A stretch of 62,622 nucleotides of DNA, the filler included, from Choristocarpus tenellus KU-1152 (taxonomy: Eukaryota; Protista; Phaeophyceae), in the NCBI GenBank assembly GCA_964200185.2. It is 9 parts of 9 records of this genome, joined end to end, with 100 filler letters (N's around TTAATTAATTAA, not from the genome) between each part and the next. Parts side by side here need not be neighbours in the genome. Positions count along the whole stretch, not along the records: positions 1 to 6,977 come from CAXNAD020006934.1; positions 7,078 to 10,067 come from CAXNAD020023098.1; positions 10,168 to 16,502 come from CAXNAD020008359.1; 6 more parts are not named here. One strand, 5' to 3'. The notes below the pieces were generated by a model. The model saw only the letters and a list, made by a program, of their open reading frames with translations. It had not been told where the DNA came from and made no database searches. Both the position numbers and the translations under genes were made by a program. Of this stretch, positions 1-13,397 are shown piece by piece (position 1 is the stretch's first letter; every line of letters begins with the position of its first letter).

Positions 1-754
1 GCGGGGGGGGGGGGGGGGGGTGGGGGGGGGGGGGGGGGGGGGGGTGAGGGTCAGGGGACCCCCCCAGGGCTGTGACCGGTGGGAAAGAGGCGCATTTTGA
101 AACGACCAAGAGATCCTGAGGGAGAGGCTAAGGTTGGGGATGAGCGTGGGAACCTCGCTGAGTGAGGTTTTGGGGGAAGGTGTGTTTGTTGTTTTATGAG
201 GTGGTGTTCGAGGTTTTTGTCAAAGTTACTAGGCAGTATTAGTCCCAGTGTAGAAGAAGACTGGAAAGACATGTAGTATACCTTTCTGTGATGTGCAGCA
301 TGGACCCTTCTGTTTGTTGTGTCCTCTGCAAGTCTTGTCACTGTAGACTTGAACACAGGTCGATATTTGGGTAGAGATCATACTAAGAGAGTGCTATCTG
401 GAAGATATGAGAGAGGGAGAAATTGATCCTGTCAGAGGAGATAGATTTTAGTAATACCCTGTACTAGGCTTGGATGTTCTCATTGGGGGAAATCCCCTTG
501 CTACTCTATATTCCCTTGCCCCATACATATCTCATCGATCTTTATCACCTTGGGCAGGGGAATGAGGGCGGTAAGCATGCATGGTCAATGAGTGAGTAGT
601 TGGGGGCGAGTTAAGGATGAGGTGAAACGGATCAATGCCCTTACTTGCCTCACGAGGTGTTGATCTAAAGTTCATAATTTTCTTGGATCGTTGCCAGACA
701 GCTCTCTTGATTTTGTTAGTGGGAGAGCTGCGTTCTGTTTTCTCTCGAGTAGTT

Positions 755-1019
755 GAGCCAAAGTATCTTAGAGGATACAACCGCGTTCGTTTTGTGGGCT
801 AAAATCCAACGTTAAGATTTTGATGTAATTTTGGCTATCGTGTTTGTTAGGAAGTGTCAATGTCCTTGCTCCGGAAACACCTTTTCATAACGTATATACA
901 TTTTACCTACTCTGAAGTTTCGGAGTGGGTACAATGTCGTAAGAAAACCCGTGGGAAGCCAAGCCCCAAACGGACAAACAGGGCAAAACTCGTACCCTAA
1001 CCCTAAGATGATTGCACTC
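755..1019 (+). mobile_element. MITE family A copy (~260 bp, TIRs, 3-bp TSD; PIF/Harbinger-Tourist-like)
   Basis: Starts GAGCCAAAGTATCTTAGAG and ends ...CTAAGATGATTGCACTC; flanked by GTT/GTT; homologous to 7 other copies in the window; CCCTAACCCTAA at 995-1006 inside the right TIR. Confidence 0.85.
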
Positions 1020-2014
1020 GTTGCCGTGCACTGTGCCTATATATATGTGTCTGGTTGTCTGTGTGCTGGCTCGTGTCACAACAATATTGCTACCACTGAG
1101 GTGAGAGTTTTTGTGTGTCCATTGATACTTCCATGGTAGGTAGTGGATGCTTTCTTCCATTCTTCCTACTGCTTCCGAATTTACGCTTGGGTAGCACTCT
1201 CAGGGAAAGCGAATATATATATATATATATACATACACAGAGCAGTTTTTGGGGTTGGCAGAGTGGTCTGCCTAACTGCGGTCAAATGAACCCATGGATG
1301 TCTTAAATGATTGAATATTTGCTCTCTGCAGTATATGTGTATATTGGAGGTATACCTTGTAATGTCATACCGATCTGCTAATCCCCTTACATATGTTTGG
1401 CGGAAATATCCGACTCGTTCTCGAAACTGGTGGGCTCCCGAATATTTCGGTTCTATGTACTTACGTCCCTAGTGGTACGTATTACCAATCAAATCGACAT
1501 CGACAGTACACTTCACTCATTACTACTACTACTAGTAGCAGTAGATAATGCACTGTAGATTATCACAGATAGACAGTGCAGCACACTAGAGATGTACTAA
1601 TATGCCGAAAAACCGTACCGGTTATCTTGGCGGACTACACCAACTTCTGATCGTGTGCAAAATCCCTTACGGGTAATTTTATGCCATGAAACTGTCTGTA
1701 GATTCTTTTCGCATCTCATACCGTACTACAGTAGTACTAACAACTAAATCAGCACCAATTTCCGGCACTGCTCCAGAAGAAGTTAAATGCCATTTTATTA
1801 CATTTTTTTTTCCTGGGCTGTGGCGGAGTTGATACATATGTTTATTTTCTGGAGATTTTTTTAGGCACCCAAGAAAGGAGAGGAAGTGTGCTAAAAAGGC
1901 TTGAACTTTTTATCCCTTATTTTTTAGTTTGTGGTGTATAAGAATTTTTTTTTTGAAGTGTTGTGGTTTTGATATTGCAACCATTGTACTGTTGCTACGG
2001 AGTACGGCTTGCTT

Positions 2015-2300
2015 AGGAACATTCTGGCACTGGGTCAAAGTAAGCTAGGGGGTTCCCAGAGTTGCATTGTGAGGATGCTGGAAAATATGCGCGAAATTCC
2101 GATCTATTTACAAATGCATGTAGGATATTTTCTGAATCGTATCAGAAAAGTTTGAAACAATAGTAAATATACGCTCTCAAGTCGAACTCAGAACGTCTTC
2201 CGTAGGAATATGGTTAAATCGAGAAAGGATTGAAAAACAGACTTAATTATGCAAAACGCCCCAAACCTGAATACCTCTGGTTTACTTCGGCTTACTAAAG
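2015..2300 (+). mobile_element. possible decayed hAT transposase C-terminal (dimerisation) remnant
   Basis: Stop- and frameshift-interrupted translation FWHWV..GFPEL..KSNSERLP*EYG*IEKGLKNRL resembles the hAT motif WW..FPEL..SER.FS..G.I...RNRL. Confidence 0.25.
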
Positions 2301-4365
2301 ACTGGAAGGGTGTACACAATGCAGGGCTCCATCCACTGCTGGTAGTTGGAATGATGAACGAGCTCATTGTAAGAAACAATAACACCACATCCAATGAGGG
2401 TCGGGTCGGGTACTTGGGGTGTTTATTATGCACTCTTGTCTGTATCTTTAAGTCAGTCTTGGCCAAACACTCATGTATGATATGCTAAGTAGTGGAGTAT
2501 TGAGCAACATCTACAAAAAGGTGATGTACATACTATTGTATACGAACAGAAGGTCAAATCTGTCTTGTGTTGATTTAGAGTTGATCGGCTGGGTTTCAAA
2601 GGGTTGTTTTGCTTTTGTTTTTCAAGGATCGTGGAGTTCAGATGAGTAACGAAGGCTATAGGTTCTGATACATATGCGTATTGTTTTGATATTTTATTCA
2701 GTGGTACAGTGTAACTATAAAATTTGGACTCTTGCCTCACCCACGACAACATGTATATGAAAAATGCAATAATAATAATAGTGTTCATTTATATCTGGGA
2801 GTATATCGAAAAAACTATAGATGTTTCAAATATTGAGATGTACCACTGTTCCAATGGGCCGGAGAGTTGCAGGACTAACGTCTCCAGTAGAACATTGGTT
2901 GTGTATCTCCATACTGTGTCATATTGTACGTCCACAATTGACAAGAATGATCAGAGGTATAATCTGTGGGTGATCATTCCACCAGGCCATCATTCGAGAG
3001 AGGTCTGGGGTACGGACTATGGGTAGGAAGGGAGTGAGGGCACGCCTGTAACAGATTGTGCTACAGCACATGCGGCAATCTCTAGGTACGCATGCTATGT
3101 ACTTCAAGGTAGAGACAAGGGGCAGGTGGGCAAGACATGAGGCGCCTGACAGAAGAGTGGGACATAGAGATCCCCTTCATACCACCAGTTTAGGAGTACT
3201 TTCAGCTTTATTTATATGTGTTGTAATTGTGGGCTTCTTGTCTTCTTGCTATTTTTATTCTTTCAATTACACTGCGACTCTGGATGTTGTATTGAAGAGC
3301 ATTTACTGTAGTAAGCAGTGCAGACTCTGTTGTTGTTGCGCTTGTATTTCTAGCCTCACACGATTCTTCATGTTCCCTCCGTGACATTGACTTCAAAATG
3401 TCAGTGGGTAATACAATATAATGTGTGATCCGTTAGTTTGTTTGATACAAGGTTATGTGAAGCAATATGATTTAAATATCTGCATATTTTATGTCAATCC
3501 CATAGACATGTTGCACATAGATACATACTTCGAAAAATAATCATCCTTGGCGGGACAAGAAGTAACATCCATGACAGAGGCCATAGGAAATACAACAGGA
3601 AGGCATCGAGTCTGTATTACCTACAATAAGACCTTCCTATACACCTACAATAGTGAGTTGTAGTATATACAAAGTACGGAGTATTTGAAAGGAATAGGCC
3701 AACTCCATCCACACTACTTGGAACCTATCTATACTTCTTGTCACTAAAATGCATAGTATTGTTGCGTTTCATTCTATGAAAAACAACCAACAAACATGAC
3801 ATGTTCACCCTAATAACCACATAACTGAGCCTAGGACATTAAGCACTGAACAACATGTGATTCGACGACAGATATGCTGCCTAATATCTACCTGATTCCA
3901 AGTTCCAAAAAGGACCTCGTGTTCTTTGCACATGATTCTGCATCATAGGTGGTCTGTTCAGAAATCCAAAACCTGACGATAGAAGAACACAGAACGCTCA
4001 TTGTATGTCATATGATTGGAGAGGTCATTAGCCGTCACATTGTTGATCCAACCAAGAGTTAGCATGGGTTCGGCCCTGCAACCTCGCCTCATCATTCTCC
4101 CTTAATCTCACTCTTTTTTAGTCCCATCATCGCTTCCAATAAAACCCTCTTACAGAGCTTCAACAAAAACCGTGCGAATGTGGAGATGTACTATTTGAAA
4201 CCTACTAATAAATATTTATCCTTGCTCATCTGTAAAAAATCTAAAGTAGTAGTAGGGTAATGATGATCAGTAGGAAGTACATGTGTCTTGTATACCATAG
4301 TACAGCATATGAGTATGAGGGTAGGGGTGGTGGCATTTCTCGCCACCTTGCATGGCATATCTAAG

Positions 4366-6001
4366 CTAGTTGGGGACCCCTGGTTCTTTTCTCCTACCCT
4401 GTCCCTCAGTGAACGACCTTGTCAACAAGACATCCCGGATAGAGGTCCCATTGCAAACTGCCTCCTTAGCTTCTCGCAACTCTGCTGCCCTACCCCTACC
4501 CCCCCTGTCCGGGCTTCCAGTTGCACACGCCGCTGACCTTGCCCTTCCTGCAGCGGAATCAGTGTTGAGCAACGCATCTTCCACAGAGTACAGGCCTGAG
4601 AAACGGTCATCAAAGAATGGTATGATCCCATTGGCCTGGAGAACAGAGAGTCCGCCGCTGGATCTTTCGTTGGTGGAGCTTTCCTTGCCCGTATACCCAC
4701 TCCCAGTTACTGAGGCTGGTCGAAGGAAGGAATTGAGAGAGGACGTGCACTTTGTGGAAAAGCCCTCAGTCATGCTAGATCTTTCATCTGCATCACTCAT
4801 TGTAGCTCCACCTGATACCTGTCTCCGATCCTGCTTATCTGATGTCAAGCTTGTTGCTTCACCCTCTCTGCCTCCAGGCCTACTAGCCACGTCACAATGA
4901 TTTCCTTCCCTTTCCGTGATAAACTCCTCCTTCACTTCTCCACCCGCAGTCCTGACTCTTGCTCTTCCCCCCCCCTGTTCTCCTGTGCCTGGGTGACCAC
5001 CACGTGTTGTACCTACATTTCGCCTATACTCGTGTCCGAGGGGGTGGACCACCCCTCCAGGGTAGTCTGGATCAAAGAACTGTGAGCAGAATACACAAAT
5101 GTGGAGGCGGTGATATGCACACAGCTGTGTAGCCTTGCGCTCAAACCGCCCACTGGGAGCCCCTGCCATGTTGAGGAACTCCCCAAGGACTTTAAAGCTC
5201 ACTGTGGCTGAGAGACTATCGGCAGGGAAGAAGAGTTGGCACAGGCCACAGGCCTTGTAGGGATGCTTTGGCTCTGTGTCTGGAGATGGTGCCCTATCAA
5301 GGGCTTCCTTCTGCCTTTGCCGCCTCCGATGGAGGGACTCATGGTAGCTGCGGCTCACCTCATGCTTATCTAGGGGACGCATCAAGGATTCCATCCCTAC
5401 TACTGATTTCACCCTTTGCCCTTGCCCCTTACCTCCATACCAACGCCTGCTTGCACCAACTCCACTCCTGTCGCCTCTCTCTTGGGCACAGGTAGGAGCA
5501 GTTTTCGTACGACAATCAGGAGTACCTGGCACAACAGCCACCTCATCTTTGCTGGAATCGTGGGGAGAAAGGGTACCTGTTGGACCTGTTGGTGCGGTTG
5601 CCGGACTTGTCGTTGCTGTTATTGTCTTACCACACGGTTGAGTCCGTGTGTGTGCAGTTGCCAAGGGTGGAGGCCGCCTCCTCTTCTTTGTGAGGAAGTC
5701 TAGCTTGAGATCTTGGGTCTCCTCAAAGAGTGAGGCAATGCCGGACAAGCTACCCTCAGTGCAAAGACGCATGAGTCTGATGAACTGCGTCCAGTTGAGA
5801 GTCATAGGGCGTCTGCCTTCAGTGAGCTGGCCATCCACGCGCGCGAGTGCATCAGGCAGGGCCTCAATGATTGCCGAGTTGAACACCTGAGGGCCTCGGG
5901 AAGGGTAGATTGGGATACCAGAGGAGAGATCTAAAACCGCAAGAAGGCATGCTTTGAAGCTTGGTAGTATGGACTGCAAGTACGGGGCGAGGTAAGTGTC
6001 A
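4366..6001 (-). CDS. hypothetical protein, large probable terminal exon, with a CxxC...CxxC (putative Zn-binding) module
   Basis: 550-aa GC-rich ORF; TTACAG acceptor just upstream of 6001, so the listed ORF start is probably intronic; motif KACGLCQLFFP...ICVFCSQFFD; upstream exons not identified. Confidence 0.75.
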
Positions 6002-6082
6002 CTGTAACGTGCCACCAATGCAAGAATTGGTTATTCTACTAGTTGGTCCTTTCTTCTTAGGGGGATATACTTCTTTCCTTCA

Positions 6083-6343
6083 GAGTGAAAGTAACTTAGA
6101 GGGTACGAGTTTTTTCCTGTTTGCCCATTTGGGGCTTAACTGCCCACACGTTTTTTGATGACATTTTTACCTACTCCAGGATATTTCGGAGTAGGCAAAA
6201 TGTATACATTATGAAAAGGAGTGTCCGCAACAAGGATGTTGACATCTCCTAACAAAAATGATAGCCAAGATTACATCAGAATTGCAACATTGGATTTTGG
6301 ACCCAAAATGGACGCGTCTCGACCCTCTAAGATACTTTGGCTC
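6083..6343 (-). mobile_element. MITE family A copy (probably intronic)
   Basis: GAGTGAAAGTAACTTAGAGGGTAC...CCCTCTAAGATACTTTGGCTC; TSD TCA/TCA. Confidence 0.9.
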
Positions 6344-6955
6344 TCAATCGTTTTTTTTTTAAAGTGGGCGGTCAGGTAGGTCCAGACGGGACGAGAATTT
6401 ACCTTCTGTATTAAAACAAGTTTGGTCCTTACTCGATAGTAGACATAACATACTAAATGTAGCTTCGGATTGAAATACAGGTGGATGATGCACTGCATGC
6501 TCTATTATATACAACAGAAGATATATTGTAGGTGCGAAACAAAGACTAAGGGGATAGTAAAACAGCGTCTCGCTACTCCTGACATTTTGTATGAAGAACT
6601 ACTTCATACTACTAAATGAATCAGTTGAACAGTATTGTAGTAGGAAGAAGCATGAGAGCGAGAGAGATAGAGAGAGAGCATTAGTGTTAAGGCTAAGCAT
6701 TTTCACGCGTGGTACACATCATTGCAATAAAATAATGTGACGTGTACAAAGAAAGTAGGTTTAGCTTTTTCGTACAGCATCCCTACTAGAAGAAGAGACT
6801 GATTGCTTGAGCTCTCTATTTGTCACATATGTGTTGCCATTGTATAGGCACATAAAAAAGGGGGGGAAAAAATTGTATTTTGTAGTGGTGAGTGCACTGT
6901 ACCAGGCAATGGGTGATAGAGTAGTTCCAACAACCAAATCAAATGAATGGGGTTA

Positions 6956-6977
6956 GACCCAAAGTATCTGGGGGGGG
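6956..6977 (+). mobile_element. MITE family B, end fragment (truncated by linker)
   Basis: GACCCAAAGTATCTGGGGGGGG matches the family B TIR. Confidence 0.6.
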
Positions 6978-7077
6978 NNNNNNNNNNNNNNNNNNNNNNN
7001 NNNNNNNNNNNNNNNNNNNNNTTAATTAATTAANNNNNNNNNNNNNNNNNNNNNNNNNNNNNNNNNNNNNNNNNNNN
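6978..7077. other. artificial scaffold-joining linker (44N+TTAATTAATTAA+44N)
   Basis: Six-frame stop linker; identical copies at 10068-10167, 16503-16602, 25074-25173, 28469-28568, 45348-45447, 52559-52658, 58271-58370. Confidence 0.97.
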
Positions 7078-8868
7078 GAAGGGATATGAAGACAAACAAA
7101 AGCAAGATTGGGGTGGGGGGAGGAGAGAATCACGACGACTCAGAGGGAGGAACTACTTCCATGTTTTCAGGAGAGGTTACAGCTAGCTCTATATTTCAAT
7201 GATCGTTTCTTGCCTCCCTGCTCTCATGAACAACCTACTGCCTGTGTGGAGCAAGAAATCAAGTGGGGGATGCGAGGAGGTACAAAGGTTAGGGCTTAGA
7301 AAAGATAGAAGCTGTGTTTCAATGGAATGCTTGAATTAATCTAATGTGGATTCAATGTTCTGAATTTGCCCTGATTTTGTTATGTCGATGATGGGGAGGA
7401 AGGAGGAGGTTTGTGGTCCAAAACTGATACATGGTCAATTATTTGTGCAGATTCTTGTTTGCATGGATCGATCTGCTGGTAACTTGTGTGTGCAACGAAG
7501 GATCATCCACACCAACCCAAACCAAATCATCCAAGTACTTGCTTCTGTCGCCATTTTCAGCTGGTTGTAAACGGTACAGAAGGGCAAAACCGAACACTTG
7601 TTGCTACTGGGTATGTAGCAGGGAAAACGTTGTTCATGGTTGTGATCCGCAGATTAGTACCATCACCAGGAACCTATTGGACACATGTATGCCTCGTCGC
7701 ACACTACAATGGCCTAGCGGTATACACTCCAAAACATATACGCACAACACTTGAAGTTGGAAATTTGGGTTAGACCGTGATACCCCAGGAATATGGAAAG
7801 GGTTTCTGGTCTGGGAGCCTCAGGATTTCCAGAAATTTGCTAGTGATGCAGTTCCCCTTTCCTCACCTCAAAGATGCAATTAGCAACATGTTGCAGAGCG
7901 ATTGGTGGAAAGCTTGTTGATCCACTGCGTTATCTTTGATGTAGGTGGATGCTGTGTTTTCTTATCTTCCAATGTTGATCAACAAACCTGGCCCAGAGTA
8001 TGTTACTGTCTCTATTATTATTACGTGATATATTGTACAGTACAGAGAAATGTGTTGGGTTCCACTGCGTCGGTTCTCTTAGCAATGCCTTGTAACTACA
8101 CCTACCTATAGGTAGATCGCTTCCTTCATACCAACTATGCAAGATATGATGCACACAGTGCATCAAATATATGTTGCTATGCTTGCTATTATTAGTCTAT
8201 AGGATAGTTTAAATTAGTAGAGGTCAAGTATTCCGGTATTGTTGTAGTGCTCATATATACTCATGAAATCAATACCGTGATGAATAATGTGTGCTAAGTT
8301 GTAGAGACAACATACATGCTTACATTTTGTGGCTTTGTTGCACTCCCTGTAATTTATGTGCAGGCTACTGTAGTCACAGGGTCTGTCTGGGTACTTGTGC
8401 ATAGTCATCCAAGACTTGACCCACATTCTGGCCTCACGCATTGCCCCTGCACTGGCACTATTGACATTATCAAGGTTCAGGAGCAGGATTTCAAGTCCAT
8501 TTTTGCCACCATGTGTTGCACATGGAGAAGGTAGTCTTTTTTTTCAATACTCTCAACCTTGTAGCTGCTGTCATCAAAGCACAACCAAGTACTTTCACTG
8601 TGGGGTCCATGTTCTGTCTCCTATCTCAGCAACTGATGGATTTCTCTAGCTTACACGATAAAGAACTGATCTTGAGCGGACCCATGAAGGGGGACTGTCA
8701 CTTTCTGTGAGGTCAGAACTGCACCAGGGTTGGAGCTGAGACCGGACATGACGTAGAACGTTTGGAACCCTGTGCCTCAGAGTTGGATACCAACCTGGGA
8801 GTGACTGGCTACGTAGGATACTGTCGTGCCCGCAAGTCTTGTGTTACCATCATTTCAAGTTATCATTT

Positions 8869-9127
8869 GAGCCAGAGTATCTTAGAGGGTAGGGCAGCGT
8901 CCATTTGGGGGCTAAAATCCAATGTTGCGATTTTGATGTAATTTTGCCTATAGTGTTTGTTAGGAAGAGTCAATATCCGTGTTTCGGACACACCTTTTCA
9001 TAGCACATACACTTTCCCTACTCCGAAAAGGTTTGGAGTATGAAAATATCATAAAAGAACCCGTAGAAAGTCAAGCCCCAAATGGGCAAACAGGGAGAAA
9101 CTTGTACCCTCTTAGATAATTTCACTC
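8869..9127 (+). mobile_element. MITE family A copy
   Basis: GAGCCAGAGTATCTTAGAGGGTAG...GTACCCTCTTAGATAATTTCACTC; internal hairpin CCTACTCCGAAA..TTTGGAGTA; TSD not preserved. Confidence 0.88.
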
Positions 9128-12100
9128 ACTTTCTTCATGTGCCCTTCTCATCACTGTCCCACAAAATCCTTGGCACCGCAATAATCAGACATATCACAAA
9201 TCAACTAGGGTCCGCAGCACCTATCCCTCTTGCTGTGCCTGTCCCACCATCACACCATCTGACCCAACTTTAACAGCGTATGTTAAAGACCTATCATAGG
9301 TGTCTCATACCAGGATATTGTGTTCTTCCTTGTGGTGTGTAAGACCTTACTCCAGAGTGCTTGTTCATTCTTGAAATTTAAACTACCAAGTATTTACCTA
9401 TATACAGACAGTGCTTGAGAATATCATGTTAAGGAGTACAGGCAAGTAAGGGAGATTTTAAATGAGCTCAAGGATCATAACAACAATGAGGAGTCGCCTT
9501 GGTTTAGGGGTTGTTTGTTAGGGGTAACAATAAATAGTGTGATCTGGAATAACATGTAGATGCTATATTGTGCCCTCTGTGAGGAATTGTCTGAAGTCAG
9601 TCGAATCAATTCATACCGCACAAAGGGGATGCTCCGGCAGGCAATGTGCATGCTTTGAAGTTGGCATGTGATGGTAATCTTTGCATTTGAGGTGAGAATA
9701 GGGGGTACACGGTGTGTACGTGGAGCCTCTCCGTCCAACCCTTTTCCTCTATCACGGTTGCCAGTGCCAGGTTAAAGAAAGAGGTTATCATGTGTGAGAA
9801 ATTAACATGTCAAGTACACTGTAAATGGAAGGGTAAGAAACAATGCTGATTGTGGGTTCAAAGAGGTGTGAAAATGAAAACCCAACACTGTAACTGAATC
9901 TTGTAAGACTTTATACCACCTAGTTGAAATCTAGTACATGAAGTAGGTCCAGAGCCTGACGTTGCGTAAGTGTCCAGGCACCGCTTTGAAGTACTGACGA
10001 TCGAGTGTGCAAGAACATCATATTTGGCCTCGATTTTGCACTACACCTTTCAACGGCCCTGTCCCCCNNNNNNNNNNNNNNNNNNNNNNNNNNNNNNNNN
10101 NNNNNNNNNNNTTAATTAATTAANNNNNNNNNNNNNNNNNNNNNNNNNNNNNNNNNNNNNNNNNNNNTGCAAGTGCAACCCTGGTATTCAGGGACACTTG
10201 GGCACCGTACGCGGGGGGTCGATGGGAGGGTTGCCATGGTGATGTTCTGATCCTCGACGTGCCCAGTTCTGCTTCAAAATCACCCCAAAGGATCCCTACT
10301 TTCACGGCTTGAACAACCTCGAGGTTGTACCTGATGATCCTTGAACCCCACTTTTTCTGAAAGCTGAGATTGTCAACCCGATTTCATTCTGTGGGGTTAT
10401 CGTCCGATTCAGCACTTTTCTCGCTCGGCGAGCCCAGATGTTTTTGCGGCACAAACTTACGAGACAGGTGGTTTATTTTTTCGTTTTGGAATTTTTGTGT
10501 AAATAATTTTGTTGGTAGTGATCTGTAAGGAGAAACTCATAGGTCTTTCCATTATGTTGGATGCCACCAGTAAAAGCTCTTGCCCATGAAATAGCGGTTT
10601 TTTGTTTCTAGTTTGGTTGAAAAGGGTTGTTTCCACTCTGCCCTCTTGAATATATATCCCAGTAAATCCCAAGGTATTTTTTTATGCCTCCCACCCCTGT
10701 GTTACGTTAGCGTTGTGCACCCTTCCCCCTTGGTTAGCCTACACTAATCCATACAGAGGTTAGGGTCAAGTTTGGTTTTTTTCTTTTAGAAACGCCAGAT
10801 ATTTTTCGGTGGGAGGTGAAATTCCATTTTTTTTATAAAAAAAGGGGGGTGTCTGTTAAGATCGGAGTTGACAAACATAAAAAGATAAGCACACAATGTT
10901 ACTATGATTGTGAAGGTAACCTCATTTTTTTTCTCATAGTGTGGGGACTGCTCTTTTTGGGTGGGATTAGGCGCTTTTTTTTTTTGTGCATAGTTTCTAG
11001 ACGCACGGTTGTAGGGACTTTCACATTCGTAATTGCTGTGGCTGGCTAGCTGGCAGGGTAGATAGGTGTTGCAGTTGCTTTCCTGCAATTTAAGACATGA
11101 CAGTGAGCTGTGCCATCTCTTCATTATTCCAAAATGTTATCCAGAGGCATCATTTGAGGGCACCTGCCCTGGCTCGCAGCCTGTGCCACACACTGGGCAG
11201 GAGAGTTCCTGCGCAAAAGCATGTGACCCAGTTAGGTGTACACTTGTAGCTGTGGGGTCTGTGCGTAATTTTGATCTTGAAAGTGGCTTCATCGGGAATT
11301 CTGAACTCATGAAATCACTACAGTCAAGGGCCCTTTGAGGCGCCATGAAATCAGTAAAATCTTCTTGTGGGGCAAGTTACCTCTTCAGTGTTTTTGGCAT
11401 AGTATTTGGACTACAGGCAGAACGGAAGGAGGTGTCTGACAGCAGTTACAACATTCTCTGCTTCGCGTCTAGTGACAACTGCTACTACTACTGCTACTAT
11501 TTATTGCCTCACTTAGCATAGAGCTAGGCACCTTAGCTCAACTCTACCCAGCTCCAGTCTATTATGAGAGGCACTACACATTGTTTCTTCTACATTAACT
11601 AAGAATCTGTTGCTCTATGACTTGTTGCACTGCCTTGTGCGGGCCTTGCATATATATTTTTCGCTCTAGATGTGTTTGGCTATCCCACCGCTTGTCGCTC
11701 CACCTCCTACCTTCAAAGTTGTGTAGTACTCCTATGGCTGACCATAAGGAGGCGTTGTCACCACAGGTCAAGTTTTCTTCATTCAGTTTTGTAGTTTGGT
11801 AGCAGATGGAAAAGGTAGGGGTTCTGTTGTTCTTTGTCACAAGGTTCGTTAATGCCTGATTTCTGTGAATGGAATATCTCATGTGGACTGACTGGGTGTG
11901 AGCCCATCCATTCCTCTGGTAGGGAAGGTGATAGACTGACTCTGCGTCTGAGCTCTGCTATGGCAATACTCCATGGGCGGTGATGACACTGCAGTGGTTC
12001 TCTTTTTTTACTAAGTGTTCTCACCGGCTTTCCTTTCTGATTCAATTCTCAGATAATCCTTGACAAACCCCATAGTAATACGTTACACCCTGTCCACCCA

Positions 12101-12750
12101 TGGATATTGAAGCAACATTGGAAGGTTGGGGAAGGGGTTCTATGACCAACCTAAACACGTGTCAAGTAGGTCCTTTGTGGATACCCTTTGTAGCCTTAGT
12201 TCACATGAGGGTGACATCTTGGGTGCCCTGAGGGGAATGAGGAACCTGTTCAGAATAGTACTGGTGTAGGTTATACTCTTGCAATGTTACAATATTTTTG
12301 TGTCTACCTCAGTACTATACCAATGTTACTTGATTTTCGATGTATGAATGAGGGGTTTTCTTTTTGACCCACTTTTTACCCCCTTTGGATCTAAATTAAG
12401 AGATATAACCCTCTTTTGCTTGCTCTATATTTTGCAAGTTATGTTGATAGTGGTAGTATACCCGAAGTTGGAGACTTTAAAGTTCGACAAAATGATTAAG
12501 CATTGACATCCGCGTATGTGTTAGTTGCATGAGCCATAATGAAACCAGCGGCAAGGGCTCCAATGAACTGGGAATCTGCACCAGGACCCCCCTTCTTGTC
12601 CCACAGTTCATAAGAAGTTCTGCTTTTGTCATGGACTCCAGATTCCAAGGGGTCCCTTGCCAACAGTGGCATTCATAGTTCCTACACATTATTGACAATG
12701 TCTCCCTCACCTTGCCCACACATACGCCTTCTCGACCTCTTGAAACTCAG

Positions 12751-13397
12751 GAGAAGATTTTGTTGGCACAAATCGAACGGAAGCAGGGTTGGAATGCACA
12801 CTAGGTCGGCTTGCTTTCAACATCTTTGAGCCCATTGACCTGCCAATTTTGATCACTTCCATTGGCAACAAAGTCGGGACAGAGGAAATTCATACTTCTG
12901 CCACAGAATCATCCACTGCCTCTCCTTCTGGGGAAAGGCGTGGAGATGCGCCCTCTGCTGGGTCTTTGGCTTCCGCTGGTACCCATACATACTCAATTTG
13001 CACTAATTTTGTGACACGAGATGAAAAAGCCTTGAGGGGGCGATTAATTCTTGAAGGCAGTTGTGAAGAACATCCGAAGAGGTCAGATCGGTTGAATGTT
13101 CGCTTCTTGAGTGGATATATTGAGCCAGATGATGGGCAGGATCTTGACGCATGGTGTGCTGTGATTGGTCAGCGTGATGGAGCATCTAAGAAGAGGCTGA
13201 AGGCAAGGGCTGTGGAATTGATGTTGAAGTTGGTGTTTGGATATCGTCCTCCTAGGGGTGGGCTTGGTGAACATGGAGAAATGTCCTACACAATGACTCG
13301 TCCCCCCAAAGGGTCTCTTGACATTCTTTATCTGGATGAGGAGCTCCGAGTGACCCGTGGTCAGAGAGGAAGTGTCATAATCGTGGAGCGAGCCTGA
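12751..13397 (+). CDS. PAP/fibrillin (plastid lipid-associated protein) domain protein, last exon
   Basis: CAG acceptor at 12748-12750 with an in-frame stop just upstream; translation ..CTLGRLAFNIFEP..; C-terminus GSLDILYLDEELRVTRGQRGSVIIVERA* is the PAP_fibrillin signature. Confidence 0.85.

Noticed and set aside
1-45. poly-G as a functional G-quadruplex
   Set aside because: Lies at the window or scaffold edge; homopolymer length is unreliable
755-1019. family A as a Helitron/Helentron because of its internal hairpin
   Set aside because: True terminal inverted repeats and exact 3-bp TSDs in several copies favour a cut-and-paste MITE
4370-5890. + strand ORFs overlapping the 550-aa gene
   Set aside because: Antisense shadows of a GC-rich exon
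7022-7033. TTAATTAATTAA palindrome as a biological site
   Set aside because: Always centred in identical N runs; an artificial linker
11066-11346. upstream exon of the fibrillin gene
   Set aside because: Coding-like but ends in a stop, has no recognisable motif, and I could not establish a splice path to 12751
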